A stretch of 32,000 bases of DNA, from positions 4,890,001 to 4,922,000 of the forward strand of contig NZ_CP064923.1 of assembly GCF_018336915.1 (NCBI RefSeq), written 5' to 3'. Position numbers and translations under genes: made by a program. Source of the stretch: Acaryochloris marina S15. GTDB lineage: Bacteria; Cyanobacteriota; Cyanobacteriia; Thermosynechococcales; Thermosynechococcaceae. Below the pieces are notes generated by a model. That model did not search any database, had not been told where the DNA came from, and worked only from the letters and a program-made list of their open reading frames with translations. Each line of letters opens with the position of its first letter. Position 1 is the first letter of the stretch. This document shows, one piece after another, positions 10,183 through 19,843 of the stretch.

Positions 10183-11183
10183 ATGCAATCTCTGATTACA
10201 TCTACCCCAACTACCTTCGCGTCTCAAGTTGAAAAGCTGCTGCTGTTAGAAGCCGAAGCCATTGCCAAAGCGGCGGAGCGATTGCAGCCCGAACAGGTCA
10301 ATCAAGCCGTCGATCTGATGATTAATTGCTCCGGCAAAGTGGTGTTATCCGGGGTGGGTAAATCAGGGATTGTGGCCCGCAAAATCGCCGCCACCCTGAC
10401 CAGTGTGGGAGTGATGGCAGTATTCCTACATCCAGTAGAAGCCCTACATGGCGATTTAGGGATTGTGGCGACCAGTGATGTCGTGGTGGTGTTAAGCAAC
10501 AGTGGTGAAACCGATGAACTGATTGCCATGTTGCCTTGCTTAAAGCAACGCCAAGTTCCGCTGATTGCCCTAGTGGGTAACGTGAAATCGACCTTGGCAG
10601 ATGAAGCGGATGTGGTCTTAGCGGCGACGGTTGACCAAGAAGCCTGTCCCATGAATTTAGCCCCCACAGCCAGTACGACAGTTGCGATCGCAATCGGCGA
10701 TGCTCTAGCCATGACCGTCACCCATGCTAAAGGGGTCACTCCTGAAGCCTTTGCCGTCAATCACCCGGCGGGTCGGTTAGGCAAGCGCTTGACCATTAAA
10801 GTTTCAGATCTGATGCACCAAGGCCCCGAGCATCCTTGTATTTCCTCAGAGGCCAGCTGGCTGGAAATCGTGACGAGCATTAGCCAGGGTGGGTTAGGAG
10901 CCGTTAACGTAGTGGATGCTCACAACCAACTGCTGGGAATTGTCACAGATGGTGATCTGCGTCGTGCCATGGAAAAGGTTCGCCCAGTAGACTTGGAGCA
11001 GATGAACGCAGAAAAAATAATGACTGCCAATCCCACTACTGCTGCACCGGACCAGTTGGCCTACGACGCCTTACAGGTCATGGAAGATCGTCCGTCTCAA
11101 ATTTCGGTATTGCCCGTCGTCGATCAAGACGATCGTTGCGTGGGAGTATTGAGACTGCACGATATTGCTCAAGCGGGTCTTAT

Positions 11184-11187
<4 letters not shown>
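10183..11187 (+). CDS. kdsD: Arabinose-5-phosphate isomerase (KpsF/KdsD; SIS + tandem CBS domains)
   Basis: The SIS block VVLSGVGKSGIVARKIAATL and SNSGETDE are followed by two CBS-like repeats (VVDAHNQLLGIVTDGDLRR; VVDQDDRCVGVLRLHDI). I prefer the ATG at 10183 over the TTG at 10174. Confidence 0.9.
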
Positions 11188-12756
<1,569 letters not shown>

Positions 12757-12757
<1 letters not shown>

Positions 12758-13269
12758 TGAGTACCCTATCAGACCTACAATCCCGACTCACCAACGTGAA
12801 GCTCTTAGCCTTAGATGTGGATGGTGTCTTAACGGATGGCGGGCTGTACTACACCGAAACTGGCGCAGAACTAAAAAAGTTTAATGTCAAAGACGGTCAA
12901 GGCTTAAAGCTCCTCATGCAGGCAGGAGTTGAGGTGGCCATTATTACTGCCAGCGATTCTCCTGTCACCCGACATCGAGCCAAAAAGTTGGGCATTCAAC
13001 ATGTCTTTCTTGGGATTGAAGAAAAGCTCTCGGTGCTCAAATCTCTCTGCCAAACTCTCAACATTGAGCTGTCCCAAGTGGCCTATGCAGGAGATGATGT
13101 CAATGATGTGCCCATCTTACAAAATATCGGCTGTCCCTTCACCGTCAATGATGCCATGCCTGCCAACCGAGGCGCAGCCATTTACATTACTCAGAAAAAC
13201 GGAGGATGTGGCGCAGTCCGAGAACTTTGTGATTTACTGATTCAAAGCCAGGCCGGTTCTTCATCTTAA
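12757..13269 (+). CDS. kdsC: Kdo-8-phosphate phosphatase (HAD superfamily)
   Basis: LALDVDGVLTDGGLYY (the HAD DxD motif), FNVKDGQGLK and YAGDDVNDVP match KdsC. The ATG at 12757 shares one base with the kdsA TGA. Confidence 0.88.
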
Positions 13270-13291
13270 TCCCTGGCAAGGATCCGACAAG

Positions 13292-14620
13292 ATGCAACAA
13301 AAGCTGAAAATCAGATCGCGTCAGGATATTGTCCCCCTTGAAAAAGCAATTCTAGGGCAATATTATTTTCCACTGCAAGACTATTTGGGCTTTGATGAGA
13401 AGCTAGCGATGCTGTTTCAATCGTTACCGCTTCGGCTCTCTCGTTCATCGCCCCAGCCGGAAATCAGCTTCTTTCTCTATTCCAAGGCTTGTGAACGCTT
13501 ATTAATCCCACTGCTATTGCACTTAGCAGAGAGTGGCATTCTTGAGAAAAATGGCATCAAGCTGAATCTGGTTGTTCTACCGGGGATTCATCAACTGCAG
13601 CTCGTTCCCCAAACCCTAGAAAAATTGAGTTCTTTGGGCATCACCCCCCAGGCCAATTATTTAAGCCTCATTCGAGCCTGTTTATCCCCCCAGAATAAAG
13701 GGGTGGTCTTTTGCTTAGATCATCGAGAACTCTATGAATTTCATCGGTGTGGCGTTGATACCGCCGATCAGCTCCGCAAGTTTGGCGTTAAAACCCTCTC
13801 TATTCAACATGGTGGGACTCGCAAGGACTCCGTTAAAGGACTCGCTTCCACGGTTTCAGACCTAATCATGGTTTGGGGTAAGCGGGTGGAGCGGGAATTG
13901 GTCCAGGATTATGGGGTCGATCCCCAACGAATTCGAGTGGTAGGAAATCCGTTACATGACGTCCTCAATACGCTAGATCCCGAAGCTGCTTTGACGACGT
14001 TGCAAAAATGCTATCCCCAGGTTCAACCGCAACTCCCCCATAAAAAAATTGTGGTTTTAGCCGCCTGCCTGCATACGGAATATCAGGGGTATGGGGACGA
14101 AGCCCAGCTCTATCGACAATATATTCAACATATTTATGAAAGCCTGGATTTTTCCAAGGTGTTGTTGCTGATCAAAATGCATCCCAACGATCAAAGAAAT
14201 CCAAATTTATATCAACAGGCTGCCCAGGAATTTGCAGATCTCGATTCAGTCGTCGTGATCGAACCGGAAGTAACAGAACTCAGTGTATATGCCCTGCTTT
14301 CCATCGCCGATTTACTGCTAACACGCAGTTCTACGGTGGCGGAGGAAGCGTTGATGATGGGCAAGCAGGTCGTCGCCTTTGATTTATTTGAAGATGGCCC
14401 CTCCAAAGGCTATAAACATTTAGAAGAGTACGGGGTCTACCAGACGGTCTATGCAGACCCTAAACCGGCTTTAAAGACTGAAATTGAACGTATGTTATTG
14501 GATAGAGACTCAGATCACAGTACAACCATCGATCTTGCAGCAGAATTTACCTATGCCTTAGATGGCCAGTCTACCCAACGAGCTGTTGATGAAATTGTTC
14601 AGCGTCTATCTGTTCGCTAA
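13292..14620 (+). CDS. Putative Kdo transferase of the capsule-synthesis (KpsS/KpsC-like) GT-B family
   Basis: LLIKMHPNDQR and LLLTRSSTVAEEALMMGKQVVAF resemble, from my recollection of E. coli KpsS, the IKHHPMDRG (HP motif) and VVTINSTAG..AL blocks. The gene sits immediately after the Kdo-supply genes. It is not verified by alignment. Confidence 0.5.
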   Translation: MQQKLKIRSRQDIVPLEKAILGQYYFPLQDYLGFDEKLAMLFQSLPLRLSRSSPQPEISFFLYSKACERLLIPLLLHLAESGILEKNGIKLNLVVLPGIHQLQLVPQTLEKLSSLGITPQANYLSLIRACLSPQNKGVVFCLDHRELYEFHRCGVDTADQLRKFGVKTLSIQHGGTRKDSVKGLASTVSDLIMVWGKRVERELVQDYGVDPQRIRVVGNPLHDVLNTLDPEAALTTLQKCYPQVQPQLPHKKIVVLAACLHTEYQGYGDEAQLYRQYIQHIYESLDFSKVLLLIKMHPNDQRNPNLYQQAAQEFADLDSVVVIEPEVTELSVYALLSIADLLLTRSSTVAEEALMMGKQVVAFDLFEDGPSKGYKHLEEYGVYQTVYADPKPALKTEIERMLLDRDSDHSTTIDLAAEFTYALDGQSTQRAVDEIVQRLSVR

Positions 14621-14626
14621 CTCCGG

Positions 14627-14652
14627 TCAACGACCATGATTATGGTCGTTGA
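14627..14652 (+). other. Perfect 11-bp inverted repeat (TCAACGACCAT-GATT-ATGGTCGTTGA) between two same-strand genes
   Basis: Read directly from the sequence. No U-tract follows, so it is more likely an intercistronic stem-loop (mRNA processing or stability) than a strong terminator. Confidence 0.4.
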
Positions 14653-14706
14653 GCAATATGCCGATTCACTCCAATCTCATAAACCCCATTTTTGACGCCA
14701 GTGTCT

Positions 14707-16011
14707 ATGAAAACCGTTGCGCTCGTTGATACCAATCATGGCAGGGGGCATCATCTCACGTATATGCGTTTCTTCAGTAAGACACTGCTAGAAATGGGCT
14801 ATCGAGTGATGTCTTTTTATCCCCAGCCTGATGACGTCTTGCCGTGGATCCAAGAGAATTGTCCAGATAAGGCTGAAAATTTTTATGCCTTTGAAATGCA
14901 GGAATATCAATGGCAAGAACTGCCCGTATTGGGTCGATTACCCGCACTGTTTCCTAAGTGGAACCGATGGCCACAACCTATTTTAATTTTGGGACGCTGG
15001 CAAAAAACGGCTGCCATGATTCAAGAGGCAGCGAAACAAATTGGCCATGAGCCCGACCTGGTTTTTCTCAATTGGTTAGACAACTATTTAAGCTACTACT
15101 TACGCGGCTCGATGATTGATTGGGTCTTCCCTTACCCTTGGTCTGGCCTCTATTTTCGACCCGCAACCTATCGGTTTGGTCAACGCTATCTTCCTATTCT
15201 CAAAACGCCTTTATCCCATCTCGCGGTGGCCCAGTCTGATCACTGCCAAGCCATCACCCTACTAGATGAGTATGAAGCGAAAAATCTGCAGGCAGATATC
15301 GACAACAAACCCGTGATTGCCTTTCCCGACTTTACCGATATCACCCCTCCCGATTTGACCTATTCATTAGCCGCAGACATCAAAGCTAAGGCAGGTAATC
15401 GCACCATTGTCGGGCTGTTCGGCGCTCTGAGTAAGCGCAAGGGACTTTTAACCTTATTGCACGCCGCTGAGCGGTGCGATCCAGATGATTTTTTCTTTGT
15501 CTTTGCAGGATCGCTCTCTAAGGCCATGTTTCATCAAGATTACTCAACCCGATTGAATGAAGACTATGAAATGGTCCAAACCATCGTTGAGTCTTCTCCT
15601 GACAACTGTCTCTTTCATTTTGAATTTATTCCCGGTGAACCTCAATTTAATGCCTTAGTGAATAGCTGTGATGTCATTTTTTCAGCTTATGAAAACTTTC
15701 CCTACAGTAGCAATGCCTTAGTTAAAGCAGCCACGTTCCAAAAATTGGTGATGGCCAGCGAAGGGTATTGTATGGGCAAACGAGTGCAGCAGTTTGAGTT
15801 AGGGGTGACCATTCCGGAAGGGGATGTTGACGCTTGTGTAGAGGCTTTAATAGAACTCAAATCCAGACTCACCCAACCCAAAACTGACCATCAGCCAGAC
15901 TTTGAAGGATACTGCAACCAACACTCCCTACAACAGCTCGCAAAGTCTTTTCAAGATGTGCTCAATCTCACCACTGTTCATCAACAACAGCAAACAACTA
16001 GCCCATCATAG
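14707..16011 (+). CDS. Hypothetical protein, GT-B glycosyltransferase-like
   Basis: The C-terminal half (IVGLFGALSKRKGLLTLLHAAE...FFFVFAGS) looks like the second Rossmann domain of GT4-type enzymes, but I found no clear EX7E motif. I prefer the ATG at 14707 (MKTVALVD) over the TTG at 14692. Confidence 0.4.
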   Translation: MKTVALVDTNHGRGHHLTYMRFFSKTLLEMGYRVMSFYPQPDDVLPWIQENCPDKAENFYAFEMQEYQWQELPVLGRLPALFPKWNRWPQPILILGRWQKTAAMIQEAAKQIGHEPDLVFLNWLDNYLSYYLRGSMIDWVFPYPWSGLYFRPATYRFGQRYLPILKTPLSHLAVAQSDHCQAITLLDEYEAKNLQADIDNKPVIAFPDFTDITPPDLTYSLAADIKAKAGNRTIVGLFGALSKRKGLLTLLHAAERCDPDDFFFVFAGSLSKAMFHQDYSTRLNEDYEMVQTIVESSPDNCLFHFEFIPGEPQFNALVNSCDVIFSAYENFPYSSNALVKAATFQKLVMASEGYCMGKRVQQFELGVTIPEGDVDACVEALIELKSRLTQPKTDHQPDFEGYCNQHSLQQLAKSFQDVLNLTTVHQQQQTTSPS

Positions 16012-16123
16012 GATATTTAGAATAATCATTTTTTAGTGGAGAGAATTATTTCAGGCCATAGATTAATGGTTCGGACCATTGATTAAAGACACTGGCTTTC
16101 TATAACGTGAGGACAAGGGAACC

Positions 16124-17215
16124 GTGGTAGTTATTGAAAAAGTTAAATCTATTTTTTTAGGTAATCCATCGCCATCCACAAAACAAATTCACTCTTTAGA
16201 TGGCATTAGAGGATTTGCAATTTTATTTGTTTTTTTTGATCATGCCAAAGGACAAGGACTAGAGCTATTCCCAGTTCTAAACCCTACTGGCTTTGGTAAG
16301 GCAGGCGTCTATTTATTCTTCGTGTTGAGTAGCTTTTTGTTGGCGGGACAATTCCTGAGGGATGACTGCGAACTGGGGCGTTGGTCCCTTTGGGTAAGTT
16401 ACGCACTCAAGCGAGTCTTACGGATCTATCCGTTGTACATCTTTATTATGTTGCTTTATGGCATCGTACCCAGTTTTAAATACACGGCTACAGATGTCTT
16501 CAGTCATATATTTCTACAGGAAGGAAAAGATCAATTTTGGGCTATTCCTGTTGAATTTAAGTTCTACCTATTTTTACCGATCTTAATGTGGCTGATTGTT
16601 AAAGTTTTGAAGAAGAACCTTGGGCTTTCGACCCTTTTCTTAGGGGCCGTGATGAGTGCCAGTTTCCTGATCACCATTGAACCGGCTGAGGTGGCGCGAG
16701 TCTCCCTCATTAAATATTTACCTATTTTTCTCTTAGGGATATTAGCTGCCTTAATTCATGCCCATTTACAAAATCGTCAAACCCAGTTTCTGGAGTCTGA
16801 CACCTTTGGATATATTGCGGAAGGCGTGGCCCTCCTCAGTTTGATCGCGACGTTTGGCTTAATCACCACGTTGCGGACCAAACCCGATTGGTTTCTCTTA
16901 CAACAGGATTGGTCAGATACCCTAATATTCATCGCCTTTGGAGGGGCATGGTCTTTATTTTTAGTGGCTCAGCTACATGGTCGCGGTCTGATTCGTGGTC
17001 TCTTGAGTCATCCCATTATTCGGTTTGTGGGAACGATCAGTTTTAGTATGTACCTTTGGCATATGGCCCTGATTGGCTATACCAATGCCCATCTCAATAT
17101 GGCTCCACCGATTAAATTCTCGATTATTTTGACGATCACGCTTGGGGTTGCAATCATGAGTTTCTTCGTGATTGAGCGGCCCTTCTTTCGTTTGAAGAAG
17201 TACTTACCTAGATAA
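16124..17215 (+). CDS. Acyltransferase-3 (AT3/OafA-like) integral membrane O-acyltransferase
   Basis: LDGIRGFAILFVFFDH, GVYLFFVLSSFLL, RIYPLY and SFSMYLWH are AT3 family blocks, with about 10 hydrophobic helices. A GTG start is needed to include the first conserved block. Confidence 0.82.
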   Translation: MVVIEKVKSIFLGNPSPSTKQIHSLDGIRGFAILFVFFDHAKGQGLELFPVLNPTGFGKAGVYLFFVLSSFLLAGQFLRDDCELGRWSLWVSYALKRVLRIYPLYIFIMLLYGIVPSFKYTATDVFSHIFLQEGKDQFWAIPVEFKFYLFLPILMWLIVKVLKKNLGLSTLFLGAVMSASFLITIEPAEVARVSLIKYLPIFLLGILAALIHAHLQNRQTQFLESDTFGYIAEGVALLSLIATFGLITTLRTKPDWFLLQQDWSDTLIFIAFGGAWSLFLVAQLHGRGLIRGLLSHPIIRFVGTISFSMYLWHMALIGYTNAHLNMAPPIKFSIILTITLGVAIMSFFVIERPFFRLKKYLPR

Positions 17216-17368
17216 CTGGATACTATCTAGCCAATGGTGAAACAAAACGAGAGGGCGTTTAGGTAGAAGCGGGGGGATGCCGAGTGGAAGATCTCTCATC
17301 CTTAGTTGACAGCCCCGCCAAAAAAGACCTTGATTGTTCCTATAGGACCCTAGAAAAACACAGCGTCT

Positions 17369-18604
17369 ATGAAATCTCTTTTATTGAGTACATCTGACAT
17401 TGAAGGTGGAGCTGCTAGAGCAGCATACCGACTACATCAAGGGCTTTTGGCGATTGGTCATGATTCCCAAATGCTAGTTCGCGCCCGTTTCAGTGGTCAG
17501 AAATCGGTGCTGGCAGAGAAGTCGGCATTAACAAAATTGGGGCCACAGATGAATGGCTGGCCCTTAAAGCTAGGGTCCTATCAAACCAAAACCCTCTTTT
17601 CAAGCCAATGGTTTCCGGATGCGATCGCAAAGAACGTTGCACAGCTCAACCCAGATATCGTCAATATGCATTGGGTTTGTAATGGCTTCCTCAAGGTAGA
17701 AACCTTGCCCAAGCTCAACAAGCCCTTGGTATGGACCCTTCAGGACATGTGGCCGTTTACGGGGGGATGTCACTATGCAGAAACCTGCGATGGCTACCAA
17801 AAAGCCTGTGGCCAATGCCCTCAACTAAATAGCCAAAAAGAATCTGACTTGTCTCGCAAAATTTGGCAACGCAAGCAAAAAGCCTGGCAGGACATTAACC
17901 TCACCATTGTTACTCCCAGTCAATGGATGGCGGATTGTGTCCGGGAGAGTTCGTTATTTGGCCATCGACGGGTTGAGGTGATTCCGTTTTGTCTAGATGT
18001 CCAGAAATATCGACCTGCGAATAAAGGCTTTAGCCGTGATTTATTGGGGCTGCCTTCAGACAAGCTGATCATTCTATTTGGAGCCTTATCGGCGACCGCT
18101 GACTTAAGAAAAGGGTTTCATCTACTACAGCCCGCCCTGAAAAAACTGAGTCAAGCGGGCTGGGCCGACCGGATTGAGGTAGCAATTTTTGGGGCAGATG
18201 CCCCCGCAGAACCGGCCGATCTAGGATTTAAGGCCCATTACTTGGGGAGCTTTGCCGACGATTTAAGTTTATCTATTGCCTATTCAGCCGCTGATGTCAT
18301 GATTGTGCCCTCTCTCTATGAATCCTTTGGCCAAACGGCATCGGAAGGATTGGCCTGTGGCACGCCTGTGGTTGCATTTAATGCCGCTGGGCAGAAAGAT
18401 ATTGTTAGCCATCAACAGAATGGTTACCTGGTGAAGCCCTACGAAGTGGATGATTTAGCCCACGGCATGGCTTGGGTCTTGGAAGATACTGATCGCCATC
18501 GCAAGTTATGTGAGCAGGCTCGCCAAGCCGCAGTCGATCAGTTCTCCCTGGAGATCCAAGCTCGACAGTATCGCACACTCTTCGAAGAGTTATTGGCTGC
18601 ATAA
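17369..18604 (+). CDS. GT4-family (GT-B) glycosyltransferase
   Basis: GGAARAAYRLHQGL at the N-terminus and the EX7E-type block PSLYESFGQTASEGLACGTPVVAF are present. Confidence 0.85.
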   Translation: MKSLLLSTSDIEGGAARAAYRLHQGLLAIGHDSQMLVRARFSGQKSVLAEKSALTKLGPQMNGWPLKLGSYQTKTLFSSQWFPDAIAKNVAQLNPDIVNMHWVCNGFLKVETLPKLNKPLVWTLQDMWPFTGGCHYAETCDGYQKACGQCPQLNSQKESDLSRKIWQRKQKAWQDINLTIVTPSQWMADCVRESSLFGHRRVEVIPFCLDVQKYRPANKGFSRDLLGLPSDKLIILFGALSATADLRKGFHLLQPALKKLSQAGWADRIEVAIFGADAPAEPADLGFKAHYLGSFADDLSLSIAYSAADVMIVPSLYESFGQTASEGLACGTPVVAFNAAGQKDIVSHQQNGYLVKPYEVDDLAHGMAWVLEDTDRHRKLCEQARQAAVDQFSLEIQARQYRTLFEELLAA

Positions 18605-18674
18605 GCGGCTATTGGATACCCCGTCTTAGACGGCTGATTTGATTGAACTAATCGCAAGCTCTTCTTTAACTAGC

Positions 18675-19838
18675 ATGACAGAACAACTGAGTGAACCAGC
18701 AGCAGCAAGTCAGAAATTTTCGCTCCAGCATCTATTCTTTGGTGCGCGGGCGTCTAAGAGTTGGATGGCGTCTTTAGATGGGTTACGAGGGATTGCTGTT
18801 TTACTAGTGGTCATGACCCATAGCAAACGGCTCTTGGGCTTATCTTGGGATCAGGCAATTGTTGGGCATTATTTTCAAGCCGCCGGCACGATCTATGGCC
18901 GCACTGGAGTCTACTTATTTTTTATCTTGAGTAGTTTCCTGCTCACGGGACAAATGTTGCGGGAAACCATCGATTTAAAGCATATAAAAACATGGATTAA
19001 CTATGGGTTAAAACGAGTCCTCAGAATTTATCCGCTGTATCTCTTTGTTTTAGCCGTTTACACGATTTTCCCAGGCTTCAAGTTTACCTTGGGCAATTTC
19101 ACAGCCCATGTCATTCTGCAAGAAGCTTTAAATCATTTTTGGACGATTGTCGTCGAATTCAAATACTACTTATTTTTCCCGTTCGTCATTTTGATCATTG
19201 CTGTTCTCTTAAAGCGAGACTTTAAAGCTTCAGTGCTCTTTTTATTGACTGCCATTATTGCGACGGAGGGGGCCAATAATGTCGTGGACTTTACCTCAAG
19301 ATTATCGATTCTCCCTCATATCCCTATTTTCCTTCTGGGATCTCTAGCCGCGGTGGTGAATACCAAACTGACAGCGGTCTTAGATCCGGCCAACCCCAAA
19401 CAGCAAAGATGGATGTCCATCCTGGCCAACTCCTCTTTAGTGTTGATTGTGTTCAATTTTCCGACTCTACTGAGCCGTCCGCTGTGGGATACGGTATTCC
19501 AAGCGAATTATGTTCGACTTTCAGCCAACCACGGGTTTTATACCTACCAAGCCATCTTGCTATGTATCTTGCTAGTGTCCCATTTACATACAGATGGGTG
19601 GATCAAAAAGGTTCTAGAAAATGTGGCCCTGCGATTTGTCGGGGTCGTCAGTTTCGGAGTCTATCTTTGGCATATTGCGGTTCTTGGATATGTTGAAGCC
19701 TATCTAAAAGCCCCCGGTTTTATCCAGTATGTTGCTGTTTTTGGGGCGACTATCTTATTGTCTTCTGTGACTTATCTCCTGTTTGAAAAGCCTTTTATGA
19801 AAATCAAACTCCGTCCTCAGACCCTTAAGATCCAGTAG
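18675..19838 (+). CDS. Acyltransferase-3 (AT3) membrane O-acyltransferase, paralogue of 16124-17215
   Basis: It has the same blocks as the first AT3: LDGLRGIAVLLVVMTH, GVYLFFILSSFLL, LKRVLRIYPLYLF and SFGVYLWH. The start is uncertain, either the TTG at 18639 or the ATG at 18675. Confidence 0.8.
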   Translation: MTEQLSEPAAASQKFSLQHLFFGARASKSWMASLDGLRGIAVLLVVMTHSKRLLGLSWDQAIVGHYFQAAGTIYGRTGVYLFFILSSFLLTGQMLRETIDLKHIKTWINYGLKRVLRIYPLYLFVLAVYTIFPGFKFTLGNFTAHVILQEALNHFWTIVVEFKYYLFFPFVILIIAVLLKRDFKASVLFLLTAIIATEGANNVVDFTSRLSILPHIPIFLLGSLAAVVNTKLTAVLDPANPKQQRWMSILANSSLVLIVFNFPTLLSRPLWDTVFQANYVRLSANHGFYTYQAILLCILLVSHLHTDGWIKKVLENVALRFVGVVSFGVYLWHIAVLGYVEAYLKAPGFIQYVAVFGATILLSSVTYLLFEKPFMKIKLRPQTLKIQ

Positions 19839-19843
19839 CGTCT

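Noticed and set aside
9949-10227. A 92-aa minus-strand ORF spanning the GT61-kdsD intergenic gap, with a small GCATG-AAGGC-CATGC hairpin followed by CCCCGTTTTC that might terminate the GT61 transcript.
   Set aside because: The ORF overlaps both neighbouring gene ends and has no motifs. The hairpin has only 5 bp, too weak to annotate as a terminator, although an operon boundary here is plausible.
10302-10760. Long antisense ORFs (152 aa and 123 aa) inside kdsD/kpsF.
   Set aside because: They are shadow ORFs on the opposite strand of a confidently identified, relatively GC-rich gene. Their Ala/Thr/Ser-rich composition is typical of antisense frames.
12929-13240. A 103-aa alternative-frame ORF within kdsC, and similar internal ORFs at 260-442, 839-1057, 2644-2856 and 12447-12671.
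   Set aside because: They are same-strand out-of-frame ORFs nested in genes whose main frames carry strong family motifs.
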